From assembly GCA_016214565.1 (NCBI GenBank), contig JACROE010000002.1, forward strand, positions 728,007 to 792,006: a stretch of 64,000 nucleotides of DNA, written 5' to 3'. A program made the position numbers and the translations under genes. The notes beneath the pieces are model-generated. The model made no database searches, had not been told where the DNA came from, and saw only the letters and a list, made by a program, of their open reading frames with translations. This DNA is from Candidatus Kerfeldbacteria bacterium (GTDB taxonomy: Bacteria > Patescibacteriota > Patescibacteriia > UBA10025 > JAHIVO01). Shown here piece after piece: positions 18,901-28,334 of this stretch; position 1 is the stretch's first letter; every line of letters starts with the position of its first letter.

Positions 18901-21900
18901 TGATTCCAGTGATTACACGTGGTCATGGACATCTGATAGCGCCATCATCGCGTCAGTTACGGGCAGCACCACAGAAAATGAGACTGCCACTGGCAATGCG
19001 CTGGGCACCACGTATATTCGTGCCTCAACCGAAGGAAAATCAGGTAGGGGAAAACTGAAAGTTGACCCTGCGTCATGTGCGTTTAATCCGACACGGTGTG
19101 CTGATCCGGATCAGGACGGGGTGAATGAGTGCGCGGGAAGCCGGTGTGATTTATTGTCGGATCGTTGTGTGCCGGTGATTGCTGATTATAATGAAGACGG
19201 CCAGATGATCTCGCCTCAGACCGGCATTGCCGGGTCGTTTGTCACCATCGAGGGATGCTATTTTGGCACGGCGCGGGGGACGGTAAATTTCGGTGGTACG
19301 CCGGGTGTATACGAATGTACCAATGCCTGGTCAGACCATTCCATCACTGTTTCTGAGCCGGGCAATCCAGTTGGTACATATCTGATTGACGTACGTCGTC
19401 CCGATGGCCGATGTTTAGGTGGCACCAATGATGGTTTGAGTTGCGTGAATAATAGCGTCTGTACCGGCGGGGGTGTTTGTACCACCTATGCCACCACGGA
19501 CAATAGTCCCTATGGCGCAAATCAGAATAATATTGGCGTCTACTACTTTAGCGTGGGTAACGTCTGCTCCGGCATCTGCGTGGGCGGCGCCAATGCCAAC
19601 CAAGCTTGTCAGAATAATGCCAACTGTGCCAGTAATAATTGCGCGCCTGGCGTTCCGGCTCCAAGCGGCGTGGCGCCCGGCATTTGTCCGCCACTCAATC
19701 CTGATTCAGGACGAGAGGGGGCAAATGTATATATCGAAGGAAAGAATTTCAATCCGCCGACGCTTAATCCAGCCACCACGCGCGTGTATTACCATAGTGG
19801 TTTAGCAGATACCCATACGGCTATTACGACCCGTGGCCAAGCCTGGGCGGATACTGAGATTAATCGATCACGCGTTCCGGCGGGCACCGTTACTGGCGGC
19901 GTGAGCGTTCAGGTAAATAATTGCCCATCAAATAGTGTTACCTTTAGGGTGAGTTGTGATAGAAATAGCCAATGCTCCACTGGTTGTTGCCAAGCCAACC
20001 AATGCGTGGCTTCAGCAAATTGCAGTTCGGGTACACCAGGGCAATTGTGCCAGTTGACTGCGAATAATCCTTTCTGTCAGGTTGGACCGGTGATTCCCGC
20101 TGGCGACTACCGTTGTATTGATCCGGCAGGCCACCGCCAGCCCAATGCACCGGCTGGGGCTACCTATCCACCGGCGGCGGTTGATGATTGCCGAACCTGT
20201 TGCTATCCTGGCCAAATTTCATCAACTGGCTTAACCTGCTCGGTCAATTTGCCGGCTTCGCAAACAGCCTGCACGGGTGCGAACCGTGGATTGTACTGTG
20301 GCTGTACCGGTGACGCGCAATGTGGTGGCAGTACCGCTTGCGGTTCTGACACCTGCTGCCACGGACGGCCAACGGTCGTCAATACTGAACCGCCATCACC
20401 GTCGAATTGTCGCAATATTCGTTTCCAAGTTGATTTCAGCGAAAAGATGGATGCGAGCTCGTTTGTGATTGGGGCTGATTATAACGCTCCGCAAGCAGAT
20501 GAGAGTGTCTTCCTCTATGACGCGACGAATAACACCACGGTAGCTGGGACGATTAAAGCATATCCGCTTGGATTTTATTTGTATCCGAGTGTGGCACTGA
20601 CTGCGGGGCATACGTATCGAATATTCATTCGGACTGAATTAGTCAAAAGCGATTTGGGCATTGCCATGTCGAGCGTGCCGGGCTGGCATTCTGAGACCTG
20701 GGTGATTAATGGTGGGGCGCAAATTTGTAGGATTGCCGGATTGAGAACTATCGTTATGGATGAGAATGGGTTTGGACAATATCCGCCCCAGATTCCAAAT
20801 TTTTCTTGTGGATTCAGCGGGTGTGATCCGGGGGATATTTTTGCCACTCTAGAAGGTGCCAATTTACTATTATTAGTTGACGCACTTGATCAAAATGGGA
20901 CCCCCATCAGCGGTGGCGCTGATCCGATCGATTATACGTGGAGTGAGACGGATCCCAGAAATGTATTTACGCCAAATTATGATCCGGGCCCACCCTTCAC
21001 GCCTGGCTGTCCGGCCAATCAACCGAGTAATTTTTATTGTATTATTACTTCAGATAATCATACTGGGCTAGGGCATCTCAATGTGACTGCGGACGGTTCG
21101 GTGACGTCATTTGGTGATCTGGGTACTTATAGCGGCAGTGTACCGATTCGCGCTTCTTTGTGCTCGCGGTCATGGCCAAATCCGCGTGTACCGGATAATG
21201 ACGTGTTCCCATTTGAGGACACGAGCTATCATTTTGCGCTGTGGTATTGTGCTGAGGATGGTTTAGCCTTACTCCGCCCAACGACGGAAGCTGTGATCAA
21301 ATCCAATGTTCCTTCTGTTCCTCAGGAAGATGAGTTGGTACGAGAATTCTTCTTCTTGCGTGATGGGAGCACCGATGCTATTGGCGTCCGGGTCATGGAG
21401 AATGAGCAGAAATTATCTCCGACGCAGTGGTATCGCGCGCAATTTGGACCAGCCGCTCCTGAGCCGCAGCCATTGACCGTGGATGGGTATCCGGCAGTTC
21501 GCGCTGGTCGGACGGTGTATGTCGCTGCTACTAATTTATCAGGCGGTACCGTGTACGCAAATATTTATTTGATGTCCTATAATGACGGCGCTTCGAGTGA
21601 GACCATTGAAATATTTAATCGATTACTTGCAAACTGGGAATTTAATACTAATTTAACCGGTGCACAAAAAGGTCAGCTGCAGCGCGATCTTCAGCGTTTG
21701 TCTGATTTGAGTGATATCGCGGAGAAGCTCATAAATTACAAAGGCGCCAATCAGAAATTCCCAGAGTTATCCGGTGGGACGTATGTTAAAACTGTCAGTA
21801 ATTCATTATGGCCATCGTGGCAAGATACGCTGGGCGTGGCCTTGGGCGGAAATTTACCGACTGACCCGGTCAATGATTTTGAGGCTTGTACGCCTAATGA

Positions 21901-24109
21901 TGAGACGACCTGCTGGAATGATGCGACTAAAAAGTACCAATGTAATGTAGGTTCAAAATTATATCAGTATCACACCAATGAAGCCGGTGGCATTGCCAAC
22001 CTCTTCACCTTCCTCGAATATGATGGTCCAGGAAACTGGCGGACTGGATTGACCAATCCATGCGCGGGTATGACTGAAGCGGCATGTAATTGTTTCAATT
22101 ATCAATACGCAGTAACCGGAACTAATTTGGATCGGAATGGTCCAATTATCACCGCGGTGAATGGAAATCCTCCGGGAACAACTTTGGTTGTCGCTGGTAC
22201 CACTAATTTAGTGGTCACCGCCACTGATGCCGACAGTGGCGTGAATAGCGTTGAATTTTATATTGACGGAATTCGCCAGGCGACTGATACCGATGGCACC
22301 AATGGATGGAGCTGGAGCATGAATACCGGCGCCTTTCCAGATGGCAATCATAGCTTGGGAATCAAGGCATACGATGTGGCTGGCAATTATTCTGATGCTA
22401 ATTTTACCCTTGATATCGATAATGCTGGTGGTGGTGACGCGAGCGCTCCGTTTGCCCGCATTATCAGTCCCACTGCAGGACAGACCGTCAGCGGCATGGT
22501 CTCCATACAGACTGAGGCAAGCGATAATTATGATATCGTGTCCATGACGATTGAAGTGCGACCGAACACATGTAGCTCGGGACAGATATTCGCAGATACA
22601 GTGCCGTTCGGCGGCATCCAAACCAATGCATCTTTCAATTGGTCATGGGATAGTAGTGCCAGCGCTTCAGGCACGTATTGCATTTGGTTGGATGTGATTG
22701 ACGGGGTTCGACACGGGTATGCCACGGCACTCGTGACTTTGAGCAATCTTGATGCCATCAATCCGACGGTGAATATCACCGCGCCAGTTGCCAGCCCGCC
22801 CTCAATTTCGGGAGAGGTAAATATTACCATGACCGCCAGCGATAATATCGGCGTGGCGCGGGTGGATGTGTATATTGACGGCCAATACCGTGGCCCTGCA
22901 TCGTTAAGTGGGGGGAATTATATCTGGCCCTGGAATACGCGGGCGTATCCGAATGGTGATCATGAGTTGCGGGCGTATGTGTATGATCTTTCCGGAAACA
23001 CTGGTTCAGCGATACCAATCGTGGTGAATGTGGATAATATTGAGAATGATATTATAGCGCCTACGGTATCCTTTATAGCGCCGACCCCCGCTTCTGGTAC
23101 GGCCATCGAAGGCGTGATAACGATTCGTGTTGACGCCCAAGATGATAAGCAAGTAGATCGGGTAAATTTCTACGTGGACTATCTCCAGCGATCGATTGAT
23201 ACGGATGGTTCGAATAATTGGGAATGGACATTTGACACCACCGGCATGACTGATGGTTGGCATCGGATACAGGTAGATGCACTAGATGTGGCGGGGAATC
23301 GCAGCGAGTACATCGAGGTCAGGCTGGGCATCAATGTCCCTGGCGGACCATTGATCACGAATGCCGGGATAGATCCCGCATCAGGTCCGGCCGGAACTCC
23401 ATTCTGCATCCAGGCTGATGTGACCAGTCCTACGGGGGTGGCCAGTGTTGTGGCGAGTATTCAGCAGCCTGACGAAATTGAACTTGACCGGGTTACCTTA
23501 ACGTTAACCGGTGGAGATACATATCAAGGTTCGTGGACGTCGCCGATTGGATCGCCGGATCAGAGTTATTATGTGGATATTATTGCTGAAAGCACTGACG
23601 GACGCGTCAGTGAGTATGAGAATATCCACGGCGCTACGGGTTCATGCGGTGGCGGCGGTGGCAGTGCCCCAGTTATCACGAGTGTGTTGAGTCGGTCGCT
23701 GCAGGAGGATACCGCGTTTACCTACACTATCACCGCGACGAATACTCCCACGTCATATAATGCGGTTGGTATGCCGGCCTGGATGACTCGATCGGGGAAT
23801 GTGTTATCAGGAACACCGCCAACTCCGGGTACATTTACGGTAGCCATTTCCGCAACCAATGCTTTTGGCACTGATACGAGAAATTTGACCGTTACTGTTA
23901 CGGCCGCATCCAGTGCTTGCGATTTCTGTGAGTTTGTCGGACCAAATAATTGTACAACTTATACGACCTCACTCAGTTGTAATACCGCCGGGTGTTATTG
24001 GAGAAATTTCCCTGCACCGGCGCGATGTGTTGATTATCCTTGCTCAGCCTACAATGGTGCCCAATCCGCTTGTGAAGCGCGATCAAGCTGTTCCTGCACT
24101 GCGACGTAA
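15968..24109 (+). CDS. Giant secreted/surface protein (2713 aa) with N-terminal TrbC/VirB2-type (T4SS-pilin-like) double-TM domain, many Cys-rich modules and Ig-like/Big-type repeats
   Basis: GTG start. The N-terminus ...TVINIVQWALGFLGLIAVIFIMYGGFVWMTAAGNQEKVEKAKKIITRAVIGLVIVLLAWAIV matches the pilin-like signature found at the N-terminus of CPR giant proteins. The C-terminal half has repeated ~100-aa modules (VDxYIDG..., NIT..., DN... patterns) consistent with Ig-like folds. The 8.1-kb ORF is uninterrupted. Confidence 0.8.
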   Translation: MKDTLKKNKNSLLGVFGFLLIVAIVGAAGWLAVPETSAQVNLDPNLGTTFGLGTADLLSTVINIVQWALGFLGLIAVIFIMYGGFVWMTAAGNQEKVEKAKKIITRAVIGLVIVLLAWAIVTFIVDRALDLTGGNGSSCTDGDVNGCYLCSSGSWVYQNAWPGCNAGGANFFDVVDTYPADGQTGVYLCSIVQAEFNGNIDAATVPGAAFVYVNGGGQNGDACTANTDCASGVCAATCQGNSVPGNWNASGDTLEFLPSQEHLPNTIYQVYLCGSGAGNPDCTSQIEEDAATPRQFIGEIWFFTTGNSTLNEPPEVTAIYPADAAANICLNTTIAANFSQPIRKASLNANTVQFTTGGGPVGLRTPFSIPSTWDSFSTRPSNAMTAGAEYNVKLIAGTPGNTDPNNGIMDVCLNHLDGDYNNNEDGSPGDDFMTINNEPSGGEVAPWNFFADTDTTNIECTPEISSIVPASQRYDADPGITINGSNLSINGDIRFELNVMHDNRCMDVNGTPNQACVASWTGDQISTRIPAGPVAFAGESPSAGAADGNVRVEIGAGDDEKSNTYAFDVSSPQIRRALGINNQAHGGISQAVKLERRTGNANDGFGAPGTVEFFNISTQARMPADTLNCSTTWTNNYALIKVPDLSSIGVTACDTSIYSWYDCPTAVPNSVVGIQLFGAGGAQPSNIIKFIYTTETPGPVLCEVVPECGNAGAAITLTGEAFGASQGSGRVWISSPPVSAPVTGWNEGTITATVPNLRNGVHEVNVEDDNGKSSYSMDFQIPCGDIPQVVENASCAATCNGGPNDGNLCSDDSQCPGGACQISMASPNPYKGTDDVCVNAMFGARFTVPMNTGTFNANIILESCGNDSSCAAPVAVTHNMGTFGAPLNERFIMQRTVAGVPTDLDPNTYYRVTIRRQVESTTGARMNADYVWLIKTKADTGPCPVENVMVTPGNAVLYNIGDTEPYLATAIGPNCALLDSSDYTWSWTSDSAIIASVTGSTTENETATGNALGTTYIRASTEGKSGRGKLKVDPASCAFNPTRCADPDQDGVNECAGSRCDLLSDRCVPVIADYNEDGQMISPQTGIAGSFVTIEGCYFGTARGTVNFGGTPGVYECTNAWSDHSITVSEPGNPVGTYLIDVRRPDGRCLGGTNDGLSCVNNSVCTGGGVCTTYATTDNSPYGANQNNIGVYYFSVGNVCSGICVGGANANQACQNNANCASNNCAPGVPAPSGVAPGICPPLNPDSGREGANVYIEGKNFNPPTLNPATTRVYYHSGLADTHTAITTRGQAWADTEINRSRVPAGTVTGGVSVQVNNCPSNSVTFRVSCDRNSQCSTGCCQANQCVASANCSSGTPGQLCQLTANNPFCQVGPVIPAGDYRCIDPAGHRQPNAPAGATYPPAAVDDCRTCCYPGQISSTGLTCSVNLPASQTACTGANRGLYCGCTGDAQCGGSTACGSDTCCHGRPTVVNTEPPSPSNCRNIRFQVDFSEKMDASSFVIGADYNAPQADESVFLYDATNNTTVAGTIKAYPLGFYLYPSVALTAGHTYRIFIRTELVKSDLGIAMSSVPGWHSETWVINGGAQICRIAGLRTIVMDENGFGQYPPQIPNFSCGFSGCDPGDIFATLEGANLLLLVDALDQNGTPISGGADPIDYTWSETDPRNVFTPNYDPGPPFTPGCPANQPSNFYCIITSDNHTGLGHLNVTADGSVTSFGDLGTYSGSVPIRASLCSRSWPNPRVPDNDVFPFEDTSYHFALWYCAEDGLALLRPTTEAVIKSNVPSVPQEDELVREFFFLRDGSTDAIGVRVMENEQKLSPTQWYRAQFGPAAPEPQPLTVDGYPAVRAGRTVYVAATNLSGGTVYANIYLMSYNDGASSETIEIFNRLLANWEFNTNLTGAQKGQLQRDLQRLSDLSDIAEKLINYKGANQKFPELSGGTYVKTVSNSLWPSWQDTLGVALGGNLPTDPVNDFEACTPNDETTCWNDATKKYQCNVGSKLYQYHTNEAGGIANLFTFLEYDGPGNWRTGLTNPCAGMTEAACNCFNYQYAVTGTNLDRNGPIITAVNGNPPGTTLVVAGTTNLVVTATDADSGVNSVEFYIDGIRQATDTDGTNGWSWSMNTGAFPDGNHSLGIKAYDVAGNYSDANFTLDIDNAGGGDASAPFARIISPTAGQTVSGMVSIQTEASDNYDIVSMTIEVRPNTCSSGQIFADTVPFGGIQTNASFNWSWDSSASASGTYCIWLDVIDGVRHGYATALVTLSNLDAINPTVNITAPVASPPSISGEVNITMTASDNIGVARVDVYIDGQYRGPASLSGGNYIWPWNTRAYPNGDHELRAYVYDLSGNTGSAIPIVVNVDNIENDIIAPTVSFIAPTPASGTAIEGVITIRVDAQDDKQVDRVNFYVDYLQRSIDTDGSNNWEWTFDTTGMTDGWHRIQVDALDVAGNRSEYIEVRLGINVPGGPLITNAGIDPASGPAGTPFCIQADVTSPTGVASVVASIQQPDEIELDRVTLTLTGGDTYQGSWTSPIGSPDQSYYVDIIAESTDGRVSEYENIHGATGSCGGGGGSAPVITSVLSRSLQEDTAFTYTITATNTPTSYNAVGMPAWMTRSGNVLSGTPPTPGTFTVAISATNAFGTDTRNLTVTVTAASSACDFCEFVGPNNCTTYTTSLSCNTAGCYWRNFPAPARCVDYPCSAYNGAQSACEARSSCSCTAT

Positions 24110-24163
24110 ATAATCATAATTTTTTAAGTTAATATGCTAATAATATTAGAAAGGATTAAACGT

Positions 24164-25675
24164 ATGAAACATTTAAAAATTAATTCGCTCGTTCTTTTGG
24201 TGATTGTGCTGAGCCTCTTCATGGTTGGAGCGGCAATGCTTGGTGGGCTTGATCTCGTTCAGGCGCAGTCAACTGATACCTCGCCAAGTTTTGAAGTTGC
24301 TACAACATCGCTTCCGGTTCTCACTGGTCAGGGGGTAAGCCTGAATCCGTCTCAAGTCGATCAAAATGAGACCGTACGCATTTCTGTCGAGGCATATGAT
24401 GTTTCTGGTTTAGCCAGTGCCGTTGCCTACGTGCGGAATTCGACGCCTGGATCGCGACCAGTTGCGGATGTGCCATTATTTGACGACGGACAGCACGGCG
24501 ATGGAACCGCCGGAGATGGAAAATTTTCGGGTACCTGGAATGTTGGGTCAAATGCTGATGGCATTTATCCGGTTGAAGTACAGATTGCCGATCGGTTGAA
24601 CAATACAGCCACAATCAGCAATGTGGTGACAATCGCCATTGGGGTTGGTGCATGCGCCAGTGATAGTCAGTGCACGACCGGTAGTCGGTGTTGCGGTGGT
24701 GTCTGTGGTACTGATCAGTGCGCCTCAAACAGCCAGTGCAATGATAATAATGCCGGAACCAGCGATACCTGTATTTTAACCAGTTGCCCTTCGTACTGCA
24801 GTAGCATTCCGATTACGTCATGTAGCAATAATGACGGATTCTGTCCTGCGTCCTGTACCTCGGCAAATGATAATGATTGTGCTGACACCAGCGCGCCAAT
24901 CATCGCTATTGGAACCCCGGCAACGGATGGGACAACGCTTTCAACCAGCCCCACACAAATTATTGCTCAGGCATCCGATGGCCAGTCGGGGATTGATCGA
25001 GTCGAATTTTATCTCGATAGTGAAACAGCTCCTCGGGACACGCAATATTTCGACCAACCAAGCGGGTCGGGGACGTATATTTGGGTGTTAAATCTCGCGA
25101 GCGTTACTAATGGCGCCCATACGATTACGGCAAAGGCAATTAACGGCGTGGCGCTGACTAGCACGGCCACGCGCGCAGTGCAGGTATCTACTGATTCTTC
25201 AGCACCATTTAATGTGACCATCACCAGCCCTGCCCAAGGAAGCATCTACGCGAATACCAGCACCATCAATGTCAATATTGCGGCATCAGATAATCAATCA
25301 GTGACTGAAGTCAGGGTATACAGCCTTAATGGCGGTGGACCTCTCGGGCAGGCGACCACGTCTGGAACAAGTGTTAATCAGCAGGTATCTATATCAGCTG
25401 GCGCCATAGCCGCGGCATATGATCCGTTGTGGTCGATTGCCGCTGCAGAACCGGCCAAGCGACCGCTTCCCTTTATTTCGGTAGCACATGCGGCTACTGG
25501 GGGTGGACAAACATGCACCACCAGCACGGTCTATACGTCTAAATGGATTTATGCGGTTGCCTATGACGCAGCTGGCAACAATACCCCCAGCCCTATTGTC
25601 GCGCTGTCAATTTCTAGTTCGGTAACCACGTGCACGAATTCAACGACTGACACAGCGCCACCACCAACGATTTAA
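24164..25675 (+). CDS. Secreted Cys-rich / Ig-like repeat protein (signal-anchored)
   Basis: The ATG at 24164 has an AAAGGA SD. N-terminal hydrophobic segment, a Cys-rich stretch (CASDSQCTTGSRCCGGVCGTDQCASNSQCND...) and Big-like repeats (VEFYLD...GAHTITAKA). Confidence 0.6.
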   Translation: MKHLKINSLVLLVIVLSLFMVGAAMLGGLDLVQAQSTDTSPSFEVATTSLPVLTGQGVSLNPSQVDQNETVRISVEAYDVSGLASAVAYVRNSTPGSRPVADVPLFDDGQHGDGTAGDGKFSGTWNVGSNADGIYPVEVQIADRLNNTATISNVVTIAIGVGACASDSQCTTGSRCCGGVCGTDQCASNSQCNDNNAGTSDTCILTSCPSYCSSIPITSCSNNDGFCPASCTSANDNDCADTSAPIIAIGTPATDGTTLSTSPTQIIAQASDGQSGIDRVEFYLDSETAPRDTQYFDQPSGSGTYIWVLNLASVTNGAHTITAKAINGVALTSTATRAVQVSTDSSAPFNVTITSPAQGSIYANTSTINVNIAASDNQSVTEVRVYSLNGGGPLGQATTSGTSVNQQVSISAGAIAAAYDPLWSIAAAEPAKRPLPFISVAHAATGGGQTCTTSTVYTSKWIYAVAYDAAGNNTPSPIVALSISSSVTTCTNSTTDTAPPPTI

Positions 25676-25707
25676 TGCGGTCAACGTATTCATAATACCT
25701 AATTTCT

Positions 25708-26328
25708 ATGCCCGGGAACCCAAAATCGGAAAAACCTATTGAAGATATTTTTGCGGAAACTGACGTTTCTCGTCCGGTTAAGCGCGTACCGACCCGTGCG
25801 ACGGCGGCCCAGCCAAGTCCTCGGTCGACTACTATTGTTCGGCGTCCGGCCGTACCGCTTGAGGTGCAGCCGCGTCCGTGGTATTTGCGTCGCGCTTTTC
25901 TTCTGATCGCTCTGCCCTTAGTTATTGTGTCGTTGGTTGCCGTGGTGATTGCCTTGGGACCATTTGGCATCGGGGCTGATACGGTCAATCAACCCGCTCT
26001 TAATACCGTGCAAAGCGTAAATAATTCGGGGAGTGTTGTGGCGCAAGAAATTCCGGTCGTGAGTAGTGAACGGATTGACGCCGACGGAGATGGTTTGACG
26101 GATGCCGAAGAAGAGGCGGCAGATACTGACCCCGCTCAAACGGATACCGACCACGATGGACTTTTTGATCGAGATGAGGTAAAAGTGTATCTGACAAATC
26201 CACGCAACCCGGATACTGACGGTGATGGCAATAATGATGGCACCGAGGTAAAGAATGGATATGATCCTAAGGGCAGCGGATTGCTCCGCGATCTCAATGT
26301 TGCAATCCAAGAATTAAATAATAGTTAA
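25708..26328 (+). CDS. Membrane-anchored protein with thrombospondin-type-3-like Asp-rich Ca-binding repeats
   Basis: TM helix LLIALPLVIVSLVAVVIAL. Repeats are DADGDGLTDAEE, DTDHDGLFDRDE and DTDGDGNNDGTE. Confidence 0.55.
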   Translation: MPGNPKSEKPIEDIFAETDVSRPVKRVPTRATAAQPSPRSTTIVRRPAVPLEVQPRPWYLRRAFLLIALPLVIVSLVAVVIALGPFGIGADTVNQPALNTVQSVNNSGSVVAQEIPVVSSERIDADGDGLTDAEEEAADTDPAQTDTDHDGLFDRDEVKVYLTNPRNPDTDGDGNNDGTEVKNGYDPKGSGLLRDLNVAIQELNNS

Positions 26329-26342
26329 CGTTTTCTTCACCC

Positions 26343-27419
26343 ATGACTCCTGCACCACAATCGTCATCTTCGAATACTCGTACCCCTGCTCCACAAACTC
26401 GCACGGCTCGGATTTATACCATGCCGGAAAAATTTTACGTCGAGGAAGGGAAGCGGAATGCACAACGTAGTCCGTTGAGGATGATTTTAGTTTTTGTTTT
26501 AGTGTTGATTGTGTTAGGTGGCGGTGGTTTTTTGGTGTATCAACAGATGCAAAAACCTGACGGAACCGAACAAACCAATAATTCTTTAATTGGGGTGATT
26601 AATACCAATACCGCGGTTAATAACACCAATACTTCAACTAATGCTACCTTAAATAGCAACACGATCCTGAATACGAATCGGCTAACCAATGGGTTTGTCA
26701 ACGTTAATTCCGTACAAACGAACAGCGTATTTACTAATACGAATAGCGCAGTAAATACAAATACATCGACCGTCCTTGATAGCGAGGATTCAGATAGCGA
26801 TTCACTCACCAATGTGGAAGAGGCTCTGTATGGTACTAGTTTATCGGTGGCTGATACGGACGGGGATAGTTTCGCTGATGGCCAGGAAGTATTGAATGGG
26901 TATGATCCAAATGCTGCTACTGCGCGTCTCAGCAGTAATAGTGGCGTACAGGTGCATTCAAATTCGACTGACGGTTACTCGCTCTGGTATCCGCGGAGCT
27001 GGGCGGTGGCCAATGATCCGCAAAATACCCGTGGAAAATTATTTTCAACCAGCGGTGAATTTATTTCCGTGAGTGTTCAGGATAACCCTGCGCAATTATC
27101 AGCGCGCGATTGGTATCTGACAAAAGCGCCTGGTGTGAATCCGTCCTCAATCAGTTCTGTTACCAATTGGGATCGGACACTCACTGGCGTCAAATCAGTG
27201 GATGGTATGACGGTATACTTCACGCGAGGAACGTTTGCCTATGTGGTGAGCTATAATACGAATATATTGAGCCAAGCAAATTTCCGCACTACTTTTGCCA
27301 TGATGTATCAAAGTCTGACCATTCTCAGCACGCCCACCAATACCAACAAGGCAACCACTAATAGCAATACGAACGCGAACAGCAATACCAATAGCCAGTC
27401 TAACAGTAATCAGCTCTAA
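26343..27419 (+). CDS. Paralogous membrane-anchored protein: TM helix, Asn/Thr-rich low-complexity region, TSP3-like Asp-rich repeats, C-terminal globular domain
   Basis: MILVFVLVLIVLGGGGFLVY TM. Then ...NTNTAVNNTNTSTNATLNSNT... and DSEDSDSDSLTNVEE...DTDGDSFADGQE. Same architecture as the upstream gene. Confidence 0.55.
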   Translation: MTPAPQSSSSNTRTPAPQTRTARIYTMPEKFYVEEGKRNAQRSPLRMILVFVLVLIVLGGGGFLVYQQMQKPDGTEQTNNSLIGVINTNTAVNNTNTSTNATLNSNTILNTNRLTNGFVNVNSVQTNSVFTNTNSAVNTNTSTVLDSEDSDSDSLTNVEEALYGTSLSVADTDGDSFADGQEVLNGYDPNAATARLSSNSGVQVHSNSTDGYSLWYPRSWAVANDPQNTRGKLFSTSGEFISVSVQDNPAQLSARDWYLTKAPGVNPSSISSVTNWDRTLTGVKSVDGMTVYFTRGTFAYVVSYNTNILSQANFRTTFAMMYQSLTILSTPTNTNKATTNSNTNANSNTNSQSNSNQL

Positions 27420-27853
27420 TGCAGGTTACTATCACGCGGGCGCCAGGGATAGTGGTGCAGACATCGTTTATTCATAAATTAAGCCAGGTCATTGGCCGAG
27501 TCCTACCGCGCTATCGTGGTTCTGCGTTTTCGATTGCGTTTGTTTCGAATTCCGTCATCCGACGTCTCAATAAAACCTATCGACGGAAGGATGCTCCGAC
27601 CGACGTCTTGTCTTTTGCGGAGCGAGAAAGTGCATCTGGCTGGCTGGATCAAAACTATCTCGGTGACATCGTGATTGCGTATCCTTATGCGCGTCGGCAG
27701 GCCCGTCTGCAGGGGATAAGCATTCGTCAGGAGTTAGTGTGGCTAGTCACTCACGGATTTCTACACCTGATTGGACATGATCATATGCGCCCTCAGGAAC
27801 AACGGCGCATGCTCGCGCTGGAGAAAAAAATTATCAATCGTTTTACTCGGTAG
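27419..27853 (+). CDS. ybeY: Endoribonuclease YbeY (rRNA maturation factor)
   Basis: HGFLHLIGHDH is the zinc-binding H3xH5xH motif. 144 aa. Confidence 0.85.
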   Translation: MQVTITRAPGIVVQTSFIHKLSQVIGRVLPRYRGSAFSIAFVSNSVIRRLNKTYRRKDAPTDVLSFAERESASGWLDQNYLGDIVIAYPYARRQARLQGISIRQELVWLVTHGFLHLIGHDHMRPQEQRRMLALEKKIINRFTR

Positions 27854-27858
27854 TACCT

Positions 27859-28230
27859 ATGGCCGTTCTCGACATCTATAAGTTAGCAAAAAGTTTTCGA
27901 TTCGCCTTTCGAGGTTTCTGGTATGTGGTGCGCAATGAACAAAACATACGCCTACACTTATTGGCGAGCCTCTTTGTCATTATTTTGATTATTTATTTCA
28001 ACGTTGCACTGTGGCAGGCGATCATTTTGATCTTAGTCATGATGTTTGTCTTGGTTTTAGAATTGATTAATACTGTGTTTGAAAAAATGGTTGATATCCT
28101 CCGCCCGCGGATACATTATTATGCTGAAGTAATTAAGGACGTCATGGCTGCCGCGGTATTGATCACTTCAATCGGCGCAGTTATTGTGGGAATATTGATT
28201 TTTGCCCCGTATTTTATTGCGCGTTGGTAA
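27859..28230 (+). CDS. dgkA: Diacylglycerol kinase / undecaprenol kinase family (DgkA)
   Basis: Three TM helices. ELINTVFEKMVD matches the DgkA E-x-N-T-A-I-E motif. ybeY-dgkA adjacency is common. Confidence 0.75.
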   Translation: MAVLDIYKLAKSFRFAFRGFWYVVRNEQNIRLHLLASLFVIILIIYFNVALWQAIILILVMMFVLVLELINTVFEKMVDILRPRIHYYAEVIKDVMAAAVLITSIGAVIVGILIFAPYFIARW

Positions 28231-28334
28231 GGTTTTTTACTTTTTATAACCAAACACATTTTTTGTTCAAGCTGGGGATTTTGCATATTAACGACTTTTT
28301 CGGTATACTATAGACTATATCAACCATCCACACT

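Noticed and set aside
16401-23409. Dozens of 60-160-aa ORFs on both strands inside the 8.1-kb giant gene
   Set aside because: All are embedded in a single uninterrupted 2713-codon frame with consistent domain content. The GC-rich repeat-coding sequence generates long antisense open frames by chance.
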